From contig OZ024755.1 in NCBI GenBank assembly GCA_964016885.1, forward strand, positions 39,556,001 to 39,620,000: a stretch of DNA of 64,000 bases, in the 5' to 3' direction. Below are positions 40,190 through 55,145 of the stretch, piece after piece. Both the position numbers and the translations under genes were made by a program. Position 1 is the first letter of the stretch. Each line of letters begins with the position of its first letter. Under the pieces are notes generated by a model. It was not told the origin of the DNA. It worked only from the letters and a program-made list of their open reading frames with translations, and did no database searches. This stretch comes from Eledone cirrhosa. Taxonomy: Eukaryota.

Positions 40190-42418
40190 ATCTTTATTAT
40201 TAAATCTGTCAATATATTACTATTATTATTACATCTGTCAATATGTTAATATTATTACATCTGTCAACATAATATTATTATTACATCTGTCAACATATTA
40301 ATATTATTACATCTGTCAACATATTAATATTATTACATCTGTCAATATATTAATATTATTACATCTGTCAATATATTAATATTATTACATCTGTCAACAT
40401 ATTAATATTATTATTACATCTGTCAACATGTTAATATTATTACATCTGTCAATATATTAATATTATTACATATGTCAACATAATATTATTACATATGTCA
40501 ACATATAAATAGTATTACATCTGTCAACATATAAATATTATTACATCTGTCAACATATAATATTATTACATCTGTCAACATATAAATAGTATTACATCTG
40601 TCAACATATTAATATTATTACATCTGTCAACATAATATTATTACATCTGTCAACATAATATTATTACATCTGTCAACATATAAATAGTATTACATCTGTC
40701 AACATATAAATATTATTACATCTGTCAACATATAAATATTATTGCATCTGTCAACATATTAATATTATTACATTTGTCAATATATTAATAGTATTACATC
40801 TGTCAACATAATAGCATTACATATGTCAACATAATATTATTACATCTGTCAACATATAAATATTATTACATCTGTCAACATATACATACTATTACATCTG
40901 TCAACATATTATTATTAAATCTGTCAATATATTAATAGTATTACATCTGTCAACATATTAATATTATTACATCTGTCAACATGTTAATATTATTACATCT
41001 GTCAATATATTAATATTATTACATATGTCAACATATTAATAGTATTACATCTGTCAATATATTAATAATATTATTATATCTGTCAATATATTAATATTAT
41101 TACATCTGTCAACATATTAATTTTATTACATCTGTCAACATATTAATATTATTATTACATCTGTCAACATAATAATATTATTATTACATCTGGTCGGTGG
41201 ATTGGCAGTAACCGGTAGAACGTCGGACAACCTGCTTTATGGCATAGTGTTACGCTCCTTTACAATCCGAGCTCAAATTCCGCCGAGGTTAGCTTTGCAA
41301 TTCATCCTTATGGGGTCTCTAAAATAAAGTACCAGTAATGCACTGGGGTCGATTTAATTGACTTTCCCTTTCCCCATAAATTGTTGGCCATGTGCCTGAA
41401 TCAGAAACCATTATTATTATTATCACATCTGTCAAGGTCTTATTAATATTATCATCACATCTGTCAACATCTTATTAATATATCATCACATCTGTCAACA
41501 TCTTAATATTATTATCACATCTGTCAACATCTTATTAATATTATCATCACATTTGTCAACATCTTAATATTATCACATCTGTCAACATCTTATTAATATT
41601 ATCATCACATCTGTCAAGATCTTATTAATATTATTATCACATCTGTCAAGATCTTATTAATATTATTATCACATCTGTTAACATCTTATTAATATTATCA
41701 TCACATCTGTCAACATCTTATTAATATTATTATCACATCTGTCGACATCTTAATATGATCATCACATCTGTCAAAATATTATTAATATTATTATCACATC
41801 TGTCAACATCTTAATATTATCATCACATCTGTCAACATCTTAATATTATTATCACATCTGTCAACATCTTATTAATATTATCATCACATTTGTCAACATC
41901 TTAATATTATCACATCTGTCAACATCTTATTAATATTATCATCACATCTGTCAACATATTATTAATATTATTATCACATCTGTCAACATCTTATTAATAT
42001 TATCATCACATCTGTCAACATCTTATTAATATTATCATCACATCTGTCAACATCTTATTAATATTATCATCACATCTGTCAACATCTTAATATTATTATA
42101 ACATTTGTCAACATCTTAATATTATTATCACATCTGTCAACATATTATTAATATTATCATCACATCTGTCAACATCTTATTAATATTATCATCACATCTG
42201 TCAACGTCTTATTAATATTATCATCACATCTGTCAACATCTTAATATTATTATAACATTTGTCAACATCTTAATATTATTATCACATCTGTCAACATCTT
42301 ATTAATATTATTATCACATCTGTCAACATCTTATTAATATTATCATCACATCTGTCAAAAACTTATTAATATTATCATCACATCTGTCAACATCTTATTA
42401 ATATTATTATTAATACAT
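40190..42418. repeat. AT-rich minisatellite with CATCTGTCAA core (~24-32-bp units), split by a SINE
   Basis: Left units ATTATTACATCTGTCAACATATTAAT; right units ATTATCATCACATCTGTCAACATCTTATTAAT. Confidence 0.95.
41192..41412 (+). mobile_element. Near-full-length type 1 SINE inside the minisatellite
   Basis: GGTCGGTGGATTGGCAGTA head, SINE core, AGAAACCATTATT end; another copy at 42428-42617. Confidence 0.85.
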
Positions 42419-42819
42419 CTATCAACAGGGCGGTCGGTTGGTGGAATCAGTAGAACATCGGCTTGCGAGGTTTGCGACATTAAGTTGCGGCCCCTTACAC
42501 TGAGATGAAATATCTCCAGAGTCAACTTTACCTTCATCCTTCTGGGGTCGATAAAATAAAATACAAGTACTGGGTTCGATATTTATAGCTGGCCTTGCGC
42601 CAATAATAAAAGTATTATTACACCTGGCGGCCTCATTAAACAATGTTAATAATGTGAACATTACAACTATAAACATATTGGATATATTAATATTAATACA
42701 ACAGTCAAGGTCATTAAAATATGAATACAGCAGTCAAGGTCATTAAAATATGAATACAGTATTGAGTACTCTGGTGCGTTATGGTCCATCTGGTTCCTTA
42801 CCACAACTCCTTCCTTATA

Positions 42820-42859
<40 letters not shown>

Positions 42860-42955
42860 CGTTAAACAATGCAAAATAGACGGTAAGACGAGGTGACGAA
42901 AAGTAAAAGTTACCTGGTAATCTGTTTTGTTTTTTGTTGTTGTTGTTTTATCTGC

Positions 42956-43020
<65 letters not shown>

Positions 43021-43023
<3 letters not shown>

Positions 43024-44114
43024 AAGAAATTAAAAGATGGTTAAAAAAGTTCCATATATTTTATTATGCGCATTTCAAAAACAAATATCATCCTGGGACG
43101 ATAGTTGCGTACTCATCAGATAAAATAAGGTAACATGATATGATACCTAAAAAAACAATTGTGAACAAGAAAGTGTCTAGTGAACATATGATAAAAATTA
43201 TATATATATAATAGGAGAGAAGATTATTTATGGATTAGAATAATATTTAAATATTTAAATAGTTTTCCCACATATATTATTTTTTTATATATAATCTATA
43301 ATTTTTAATAGTATATTTTTAATTTTTAATTTTTGACATGGTTTGAATACTCCTATTTATTTTTTTTTTCTACACATATATATGTTTTTTCACATAAATA
43401 ACTCTTCACACATTTTTCTCACATTTTTCAATTACACTCTATTTAAACAAACTATGACATTATATCGTCTTCTACGCTTATAAATCATTTAATTTTATTT
43501 TATTTTACTTTATTTTATTTTAATAATACATTTTCACACCTCTTAATCAAATTTTTTTTAGTATATAAACCCTAATTAAATAATATACCTAGTTTCTATA
43601 TCTGTAATTTAAGCACATAAATCTCATCAATTTATTTATTTATTTCGTAGTCGTATATATTTTTTTAGCCGTTATTCACAGCTGTTTTTCAGTTTTGACA
43701 ACGTTACACGATTAAAAGTCTCTCTCCTTTCTCTTTCTCTCTCCTCCTTCCTTCTTAAATTTTTCCTCCATTATTTTCTTCTTTTTCCTTTTCCCTCTTC
43801 CTTTTTTTCCAATCTTCTCTCTCCTATTATATATTTTTTTATCATATGTTGACAGGACACTTTCTTGTTCACAAGTGTTTTTAAAAAATTTTTTTTTTTT
43901 TAAGCATCATATCATGTTACGTTATTTTATCTGATGAGAACGCAACTATCGTCCCAGGATGATATTTGTTTTTGAAATGCGCATAATAAAATATATGGAA
44001 CTTTTTTAACCATCTTTTAATTTCTTCCTATATATACTCCAGTTCTATCAACTGTTGAGTGCTACTTTACTGATATATGCATAGTTTTATTGTTCTACAA
44101 TTAAACTCACCTCC

Positions 44115-44118
<4 letters not shown>
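43021..44118 (+). mobile_element. 5'-truncated PLE (family A) with inverted 5' arm
   Basis: 43230-44118 matches the reverse complement of 49997-50900; 43021-43200 is an inverted copy of 43835-44028 that lacks the tail. Confidence 0.85.
43923..43993 (+). ncRNA. Type I hammerhead ribozyme (family A); minus-strand twin at 43057-43127
   Basis: tattttat-CTGATGA-gaacgcaa.tatcgtcc/ggatgata.ttgttttt-GAAA-tgcgca-TA-ataaaata: 8-bp stem I, palindromic stem III ATGCGCAT. Confidence 0.9.
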
Positions 44119-44194
<76 letters not shown>

Positions 44195-44234
44195 CATATA
44201 TATATACATACATATATATACATATATATATACA

Positions 44235-44272
<38 letters not shown>

Positions 44273-44294
44273 CATATTTATATCTATATACATA

Positions 44295-44326
<32 letters not shown>

Positions 44327-44747
44327 CATATATATACATATATATATATATATATACATATATACATATATATATATACATATATATATACACGTGTAGG
44401 TGTGTCTGTTTATGTATGTATTTGTGTAGGTGTGTCTGTTTATGTATGTACGTATGTATATCTCCCTGATTGCCTTGTGTTTCTGGCCTGTCAACATGAA
44501 TGGACCTGTTATTTTTATCTAAGGACATCTGTTCCAATTCCATCCGCCCGTCCCCTCAATCTATTTTATTTCTCATTCTTTCTTCTGATGAAGAACTAGC
44601 GTCCGAAACGTTAAGACCCTCTTCCTGCTGTATCAAGCGTTAACCTAATATATCCCTTCCATATACTGTACTGATTGTGTTGTTATTTATGTTTACCTTT
44701 TACATACACACACATACACACACACACACAATATATATATATATATA

Positions 44748-45191
44748 TACGATATTAACAAATGGAAACTATATTTATAAAACCATATTTCTTTCATTAT
44801 ACATATTTCAAGGACACCAAGTTAAATTATGGTGTGCTTTCATCAGACAAAATATAATATAGATCAGTTTTATAAATAAATATTGACATACCCTTAAAAA
44901 ATGCAACCATTACTGTTGGAAGCTCCGGGATCTTCCAACAGTAATGGTTGAATTGTTTAAGGGTATGTCAATATTTATTTATAAAACTGATCTATATTAT
45001 ATTTTGTCTGATGAAAGCACACCATAATTTAACTTGGTGTCCTTAAAATATGTATAATGAAAGAAATATGGTTTTATAAATATAGTTTCCATTTGTTAAT
45101 ATCGTATGTTTACTCCAAATACTTGTTGAGTGCTTTATATCAGTTATAAACATATTTGCTTGTTGTATCCCAACAATTTAAATAGAACATT

Positions 45192-45196
<5 letters not shown>
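44748..45196 (+). mobile_element. Fold-back pLTR insertion (family E): ~360-bp near-perfect palindrome plus tail
   Basis: Arms 44748-44922 and 44932-45105; HHR at 44792-44852 (-, intact GAAA) and 45002-45062 (+, GAAA changed to AAAA). Confidence 0.85.
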
Positions 45197-45266
<70 letters not shown>

Positions 45267-45661
45267 ATATATATATATAAGTCTGCGAGGAAATTACAAA
45301 TCTGTGTAATCCAGGGATTATTCATATATATTGCATTAGTTCTGTAAATCCATGAACTTAGTTTAATCCGGTGAACTCGTTGCATACAATCGCAGACTAT
45401 AATAAAAGCCATATCTGTTGTACACAAACCTCCGTCTTCTGCCTTTAAACACACACATACGCATACACATCTAGACTCACACACATACATCCATACACAC
45501 TTACATGCAAGCATACACACCTACATACATACATACATACATACATACATACATACATACACATTTACATACATACATGCATACATACATATGTATATAC
45601 ATTCATACATGCATACATACATACATACATACATACATACATACATACATACATACATACA

Positions 45662-45694
<33 letters not shown>

Positions 45695-45719
45695 GCACAC
45701 TTACACACATAATAATACA

Positions 45720-45870
45720 TGATGGCTGCCCCCGCGTTATCGAGTATGGCCATTGCACGATATAACATCAATAATTATCAATTAATTCTATCGTGCAATG
45801 CCTGTGTGTGAAGATATTTTTAAAGTGAGGAAAGACTGTGCACTGAGCCAATCCCACTCTCTGAGCGGCA
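45720..45870 (-). mobile_element. RTE-derived 3' fragment
   Basis: Matches 8288-8445. Confidence 0.6.
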
Positions 45871-46406
45871 GTATATCGCGTGGTTGCAAACATTTCAAGA
45901 AACTAATAAGGCAGTTACAACTCTCCGACAGGTACCTACATGATTTCCCGAATGTGCTAGTGTCGACCTGGACCAATCTCATAGGGTCATCTAGATTCTA
46001 TATAGATAGGGTTTTTCATTAGGTTAGCAGGTAGGGATAGCATAGAGTGCCCACAATTTCAAACGATCACCTATTCAGACCACAAATTCGTGATTTGCAT
46101 GGTCGACATAGATGGAATACATAGACAGTGGCACGGTTACTGGAGGCATAAATCGTTTGATATTTTGGCCAAGGTTTTAGCATCGAGGTTGGCATTTGTC
46201 GTCGAGAGCCGTTAGGAAAGATGCAGACGTACGCAATCCCGACCAGGTCCATACACGACACCCTCCAGGAATTGTCCGAGATGTGCGCAGAGCCTCGAAA
46301 CCCTTCTGTCCACACTTTACAGGGTCCATTCATTACCCTGTAGAGTATTGTCGAACAGCTTTTATCACAGGTAGGACGGATCCGGCTATCGACCGAGTCC
46401 AGCGGA

Positions 46407-47125
46407 CTCCGGGAGAGTAAGGTGGTATATGTGTGGTGAGATTCCTCTTTGGGTGCTCCGGGAGAGTAAGGTGGTATATGTGTGGTGAGATTCCTCTTTG
46501 GGTGCTCCGGGAGAGTAAGGTGGTGTAGGTATGGTGAGATTCCTCTTTGGGTGCTCCGGGAGAGTAAGGTGGTATATGTGTGGTGAGATTCCTCTTTGGG
46601 TGCTCCGGGAGAGTAAGGTGGTATATGCGTGGTGAGATTCCTCTTTGGGTGCTCCGGGAGAGTAAGGTGGTATATGTGTGGTGAGATTCCTCTTTGGGTG
46701 CTCCGGGAGTGTAAGGTGGTATATGCGTGGTGAGATTCCTCTTTGGGTGCTCCGGGAGAGTAAGGTGGTATATGTGTGGTGAGATTCCTCTTTGGGTGCT
46801 CCGGGAGTGTAAGGTGGTATATGTGTGGTGAGATTCCTCTTTGGGTGCTCCGGGAGAGTAAGGTGGTATATGTGTGGTGAGATTCCTCTTTGGGTGCTCC
46901 GGGAGAGTAAGGTGGTATATGTGTGGTGAGATTCCTCTTTGGGTGCTCCGGGAGAGTAAGGTGGTATATGTGTGGTGAGATTCCTCTTTGGGTGCTCCGG
47001 GAGAGTAAGGTGGTATATGTGTGGTGAGATTCCTCTTAGGGTGCTCCGGGAGAGTAAGGTGGTGTAGGCGAGGGGAAATTCCTCTTTGGATGGTCCGGGA
47101 GAGTAAGGTGGTGTAGAGATGGCGA
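46407..47125. repeat. 49-bp GC-rich minisatellite, about 14.5 copies
   Basis: Unit CTCCGGGAGAGTAAGGTGGTATATGTGTGGTGAGATTCCTCTTTGGGTG. Confidence 0.97.
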
Positions 47126-47309
47126 GGTTCTTAAGTTACCCCTTAGTGGTAGACTCCACTATTTGGGAACTTCCTTATTATATATTTTGTGATCTTTACT
47201 CGATTCTTTGTAAGCTCCCACCACCACCCGTCCACCCCGTTTTTTATTGTCACCTATATTTCGGCATTGGTAGACAATAAATAAATAATAATTATTATTT
47301 ATTAGTGTA

Positions 47310-47852
47310 TCATCAGTATCGGTAGAGCGTCGGACACCATGCTTCGCGGCATAGAGTATCTCTGTTTCCGTTCTGAATTCAAATCCCGTCGAAGTTAGCT
47401 TTGACTTTCATCCAGAAGTCATTATATGTGTTGCATGAGGTGATTGGTTAGCAGAATCATTAGAGGGTTGTGTAACATCCCTTGTTATATTTGTTCCTGC
47501 TCTTTATATTCTGCGTTCAATTTCCCGCCTAGGTCAACTTTGCTTTCATCCTCCCGGAGTGGTTAAAATAACATACCAGTCAAATACTGGGGTAGTTATA
47601 ATCGACTTTCCTGTTCTCTTCAAATTGTTGCTCTTTTGTCTAGATTAGAAACAATTATTTTACGAACATGGTTTGCGGCATGTAGTTACGTCTCTTAACT
47701 TTCTGAGTTCAAATCCCGCCATCGTTAACTTCGTCTTTCATCCTTACGGCGTCGATAATATTAAGTACTAGTAATGCACTGAGGTTGATTTAATCTATTT
47801 TCTCCTTCCCTTCAAATTGCTGGTCTTCTGTCAAATATAGAGACAAATATTA
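47310..47852 (+). mobile_element. Cluster of three type 1-related SINEs; further copies at 48085-48175 and 49132-49320
   Basis: Repeated GAGTTCAAATCCCGCC..CTTTCATCC cores. Confidence 0.75.
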
Positions 47853-50123
47853 TATGTGACTGTGATTGATAGATTCGATAGAACCTAATAGAAATAGCAA
47901 AACACTTCATGTATTTATGTTGTTGTTGTTGGTTGTTGTTGGTTGTTGTTGGTTGTTGTTGGTTGTTGGTTGTTGGTTGTTGTTGGTTGTTGTTGTCGTC
48001 GTCGTTGTTAGTACCTAATTTACCTTTCGTTCAATCAAGAACTGGACTGGATTGTCTTTCCTGCGATCACCATCAGTGTGTGAGGCCGCCTTTCATCATT
48101 ACGAGGTCGATAAAATAAAGTACCAGTAATGTACTGGGTAATTGCTGGCCTTGTGCCAAAAGTAGAAACATTTATTATAAAAGGGATCACACACCCAGTG
48201 GAATGCATCCCCCACCCGCCCCGGTTTTGTAGAAGAGACGTGTTCCACTGGTCAAGCGATCAATTTACTGTCAACACCGGCTTACCAGGACTAGGTATGG
48301 TATGCTGGGTCTGAATATACGCCGATATATCCAGTATTTCTTTGACGGTGGACAGATTTATTCACCATTTAATCAGAGGTGTTTTTCCCCAACTCATGTC
48401 TTTGGCCGAGCTGCAGGCTTGGATCAAGCAAAGACGGAAACAGAATGCTTGGCAACTGCAATGATTTAAAGCCCCCACGTGTTGTCAATTAGGCAATATG
48501 GTTGGTGAAAGCTCCACTTTGGCGTTCTATAGAGGGTTAATGGTGGATAAAAATGACGATGTTCTCGGTGAGACCCTATGCATCAACAGAAACCTACTTT
48601 TCCGTAAGACATTTCTCCAGATCCGATAGATAATTGTCATAAATCCCTGGCCTGTGAGTGTTACCAGAGAGAGAGGGTGGAATCCTTGTCTGATCAGGAT
48701 AAATTCTAGAGGAATGGCAGTGCCGTCAGCTGGACCTGTTCGAGATGCGTGCATAGCAACGAAACTGTCCTCCTCGCACTCGCTCAATGCCCGAACATTG
48801 CTGACTTTTAGAATTATTTCGAACAACTTCTCTCATGTGTAGGACGGATCCGGTTATCAGTTACGCCCTTTGTTAAGATGACCCCACCACCTTCACTTAG
48901 CCAGGAAAAGTAGACAGATTTTGTCACTCTGGTGGCAATGGTGAATGAATCTGTATGGTAGACGAGAACAAGAGGTCTATTGAGACACTTTTCTGATTGG
49001 ACACTCACTCATAAAACTTGAAAAGGAAATTGAAGATGGATAGGTTGCCTCTCAGCAAATGTGTTGAGAGGTTCATCTGAATAGTTATTCCTAATGGTGA
49101 ACATACACTGAGCATTACATTTATAGACTAGATGTGGATTAGCAGTATCAGTAGAGGGTTGGACACCATGCTTTGCAGCGTAGAGTTACGTCCCTTTACG
49201 GTCTGAGTTCAAATCCTGCCGAGGTTAACTTTGCCTTTCATCGTTACGGGGTCGATAAAATAAAGTACTAGTAATGCACTGGGATAATTGCTGGCCTTGT
49301 GCCAAATATAGAAACAATTAAATTTATAGACTTATAGACTAGAGGAGGAAAACTTGGAAAAGGTATTTAGTGATCAACATGGCCGTGGATTTTATGGAGC
49401 TTTCTACGGAAGTCTCCCTTTATTGAGAAATGTTATCTTTGTTTTAATTTTTTTGTTACTTCTTGTGTTTTTGTTTTTGTTATTTCTCATTTTTACACGT
49501 TTTCATAAAAACACAGTATTGTATTTTACCGTACTTAATGTGCTTTTTGTAAACCCTTTTTGGTTAATAAAAAATCATTATTTAAATTAATATTGACTGA
49601 CCATTTCCTTTTTTGGTCACCATAGAGACATCTGGTGATCTCGGTTCCTGTATTAGCGTTTTCATCGCCAAATATGGGGAGGGTAGCATGCCTAAGAAAG
49701 GAGAGCCGCAAGGAGAATTGACTAATGCAGTGTGTATTTGTGGCTACCCTTTACGGAAAAGCTTATCCGAGTGGCACATCCAAGTGTGTAGTTTACACCC
49801 TTCTCACAGTTCATTAAAATTATTTCATTTTTTTTTTTGATTGTGTAAATAAAATCTCGTGATATATTTTTCAATAAAATATTTCTTCATTTCATCTGGA
49901 ATCCTACAAAATTACACTAGAAATATCTTCAATTTTCTACCTCTTTCTCAGACTCTCTCTCTCTCTAAATATATACATTTATATATATATATACATATAT
50001 GTGGAGGTGAGTTTTATTGTAGAACAATAAAGCTATGCATATATCGGATAAGTAACACTCAACAGTTTATTGGCCTGGAGTATATATAAGAAGAAATTAA
50101 AAGATGGTTAAAAAAGTTCCATA

Positions 50124-50194
50124 TATTTTATTATGCGCATTTCAAAAACAAATATCATCCTGGGACGATAGTTGCGTTCTCATCAGATAAAATA
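50124..50194 (-). ncRNA. Type I hammerhead ribozyme in the 3' pLTR of PLE1
   Basis: Same motif as 43923-43993, in sense orientation with the PLE1 ORF. Confidence 0.9.
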
Positions 50195-51295
50195 AGGTAA
50201 CATGATATGATGCCTAAAAAACACTTGTGAACAAGGAAGTGTCCAATCAACATATGATAAATAAATATGAAAGGATATAGAAGATTGGAAAAAAACGGAA
50301 GGAAGAGGAAAAAAGGAAAAAGAAGAAGATAACGGAGGAAACATTTAAGAAGGAAGGAGGAGAGAGAAAGAGAAAGGAGAAAGAGAGAGACATTTAAACT
50401 GGAAACGCTGTCAAACTGAAAAACAACTGAATAACGGCTGAAAAAAATATATATACGGCTACTAAATAAATAAATTAAAAAATTGATGATGTTTATGATT
50501 ACAGATATAGAAACTAGGTATATTATTTATTTAGGGTTTATATACTAAAAGATTTATTAAGAGGTGTGAAAACGTATTATTAAAATAAAATTAAATTAAA
50601 TATGATAAAATAAAGTAAAATTAAATTAAATGATTTATAAGCGTAGAAGAAAATATAATGTCCTAGTTTGTTTAAATAGAATGTAATTGAAAAAATATTT
50701 TTGTGAAAAAGTTTATATGTGTAGAAGAAAATAAATAAGGGTTAGACCCTTGTCAAAAATTAAAAGTTTACTATTAAAAATTACAGATTATATATAAAAA
50801 TTAAGGATTATATATATAAAAAAAATTATTATAGATTATATATAAAAGAAAATATATATGTGGGAAAACTATTTAAATATTTAAATATTAAATTAATCCA
50901 CACGTAAATAAAGAAAATGTTATAATTATTTAAGCGTAGAAAAAAGCGTGGAAAGAGCGAAGAAAAAACGAATAAAAACATATGACGTCATAATTTGTTT
51001 ACAAAATCAACGAATGTTTATACTAATTAAATTGATGTGGTAAATGGGGAAAGTGAGCGGTTTAAAAAAAAAATAATGAGAAAAAATAATATAAAGAAAC
51101 ATTAAATATGAACTATTTAAATAATATTTTGTATCACCAAGTAGATAAAGGAATTTGCTAGAGTGATTTAAAAAGTAGAGGACCAAATAACGTCATAGTA
51201 TGTTTAAAACTTTGTAGAATGTACTGATATATTCGAGAAAAAAGGTATTTGTGTAAAAAATATATATATATGCGTGAGAAAGTTTTTAATCTTAA

Positions 51296-53664
51296 TCATG
51301 GAATAAGATATAGGGTATTAGCTGTATACTCGTGAAATGACCTAAGAGATTTATGGATGCAGAGAGCAAATAAATCGGTGCGTCTATTTATTACAAAGTT
51401 GAAATTCGAGATAATGGTAAATTTTTCAGCTAGACATTAATTACAAGCCCTAGATATGGAAGCGTTAAAATATGGAGAAGCATTGCATATTTTACGCCAA
51501 GAAATTTTGTAATTAATGTTTTTGTCTTTTAAGGACCAGATGAGTTCTGAGAGTACAGTGTTTGTTCTTTTAATTAGATATTTAAAAGAAGAAGAATGGT
51601 TATATAGCCTTGCCTTAAAGGAAGTAGAAGTAGAGCCAATGTAGGTATAAGAATTGGTACTAGTTAGCTCCTTACATTCGTATACTAGATTTTTATCGAG
51701 ACAGAAATTATTAAGAGGATATTTAGTTCTATTAGGGCAGTTGCATTTACAATTAATGTTATTAACAGAGTTATTGGCAAGTGGCCCAGGATTATTTATA
51801 ATAAGAATTGTAGTGGTGGAATTAGCTACAGAAGGTGCTAATGTTTCCCGATTTAGATTACTATTAGAAGCATTCATCAAAATTACGTTTGACGTCGTAT
51901 TTATATTTGTTATCTTGTCTAGAGTTTACATTAACGTCGGGCCTTAAAGTGTTATTATTATGACGCTCAGGGTTGGATGCATATGAGTTATTATTTAATA
52001 TTTTAGTATTATGTTTTGAGATAATATTAGAAATGTTGGAAGTGGTGGAATAAGAGAATTTAATGGTATGCTTATTAAAAATCTTACTATAAATATGTGA
52101 AGGAGGGAAGCAATTATCTTACGCCCTAATAAATAATTTAGGAATATTACTAATAATTGAAAGAGAGAATAAAGCGTTGTGCCAAATAATATTTTTATAT
52201 CTAGGTCTCCTCTTTATGTTATTGGTATGCTTATAACTAGCTATATTACTATAAGTTCTGCCAAGATTGGTTTCTTTAATGTATTTAATTTTGTTTGGCT
52301 ATCCAGCCCTAGATAGCGCATGATTGTAATAATTGGCGTTGGCATCAAAGATAAGTTTATTGGAAGATAGATTAGAAATTCTTTTTTCAACATTTCTGAC
52401 TATAGCAGTTTTAACATTAATAGGGTGGTTTGATTTAAAATTTACATAATTTAGGTTCTCATTATCCTTATCGTATGCGTAATTTTGGCCCGTATCTAGA
52501 TTAAGGGATATATCTAGGAAGTTAGCTAATTTAACGTTGTTCTCAAATTCAATTTTAAGGTGCTTAAATAGTTCAACTATATTATTTTTGATAATCTTAA
52601 GGTTTTCTATGTTACAGTTTAAGACAGTAAAAATGGCATCGTCACGATAAATTCCACCGCGAAGTTGAGGAATTTTCCGATTTAAAGAGTTCAAGATGAA
52701 GATTCCAACAAAGTCTGTCAGTTGCGCTGAATCCGACGAACCCATGGTGATGTCAAAATTGTTGGAAGTATCAGGATAGTTTTTCTTGCGGTGATAATCA
52801 TGTTCAATTCATCTGTAGTGTATTTAAACGCATGAGAGAGCCTTGTTGAGGAGTGGAGGAGAAATAGAAGAATAGTAACTGGCAATGTCAAACTGAATAC
52901 ATTTTTGTTTGTTTTTATTATTCAGGTCATCGAACCAGTCTATCACATCAGAGGTACCAACCATAAATTTAATTGAGAATTAGAGCAAACCTGTGGGATA
53001 ATCCTATCCAGGATGGATTTACTAACAACCCCACATCGGATTTAGAGGGGGCAATTAGTCTTACAGGCAATTCAGTTCGAAAATTTGTTTTGTGATCTTT
53101 CAGAATAATCCTCGGAATTCTTGGGAAGAAGGGTTCAGTCTTTTTCTCGATACCAAGTTTAGAAATAATCTCAAAAGCTTCGAAATTAATAGACTCAAGA
53201 TTATCATGGGTGGTTTTGCAATAGTTTTTCCTCAGTTCTTTAAGGATAAGGTTATTATATTTATCTTTAGTTATGCCGTATAGATTATTAGTTTTGTCAG
53301 AATCAACTAAAACGTTTTTAGAAGAATTAAGGTCGATAATTTTATTCCTAAGGTTGATAAGGTGTTCCTGTCCTCTATAAGGGTTTCTTTTGAATTTAAG
53401 TCCTCGTATAATTTTAGTTACTTCATTTTCAAAATGTGCAAGGTTTTTATTGAAAGGAGGATTTCTTCTAGAGTTAAATAAAGAATTAATATTATTATGT
53501 TCCTTAATATAAAAATTTCCTTTTAAGCGCTGGTCATGGAAAAAGGCAATCCATCTAAGCCTTCGCACCAAAGAGTCCGTTTTTTCAATCAGAAGTTTGG
53601 TGAATTCAGTTTTTCCCGGAATAGGTATGTCTTTAAGTGGAGTTGTGATGCTGTAGTAATCCAT
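51296..53664 (-). pseudogene. PLE1 reverse transcriptase / GIY-YIG endonuclease ORF, disrupted
   Basis: LKDIPIP..RRLRW, KDHK..RLIAP, QFDIASYY, MGSSDSA, GGIYRDD, FLDI, SNHP, CNC..LVY..YIGST..CN*CLAEK; several frameshifts and stops. Confidence 0.92.
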
Positions 53665-53770
53665 GTTATAGAAGAAGTAGAGACCATCAATGGTATCCGA
53701 TATAAGAGTTAGCGCTCAAACAATCAAGGAGCAGGTTAATATATAAACATATATATATATATATATAAAC

Positions 53771-54600
<830 letters not shown>

Positions 54601-54674
54601 CCTATGATATATCTTTGTAGATGTACGGGGGCACGGAGGTAATTGGGCGCGTATTTGTTTGAATCTATATGAGC

Positions 54675-54710
<36 letters not shown>

Positions 54711-55045
54711 GTGCACCTACTGTAGGGTAAGGGCTTGTTTGTTTGTGTGTACATTTACATATATATATATATATACACATGTGTGTGTTTGGGAGCGAGC
54801 CTGTTGTTGTGCTTCTATATACGGACACGTGTGTGTATGTGCGCGTGCGTGTCTATGTATATGTATGTACGTGTTTGTGTATGTGAGCAGATATACGCGT
54901 ACGCATGTGTGTGACCATGTATGCGTGTGCGTGTGTGTATGCGTGTGAGAGCTGATGTACGTGAGCATGTAGGCAGGCGTCTGTGGACGCGTATGTTGTT
55001 AGTTATATGGTTGTGTGCATGTGTGTGTGTATGTGAGTCTGTAAG

Positions 55046-55145
<100 letters not shown>

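Larger units (their letters stand above)
49997..53745 (-). mobile_element. Near-full-length Penelope-like element (Naiad-like), PLE1
   Basis: Short 5' UTR, decayed RT-EN ORF, ~1.2-kb AT-rich 3' UTR, terminal HHR and tail; (TA)n on both sides. Confidence 0.9.
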
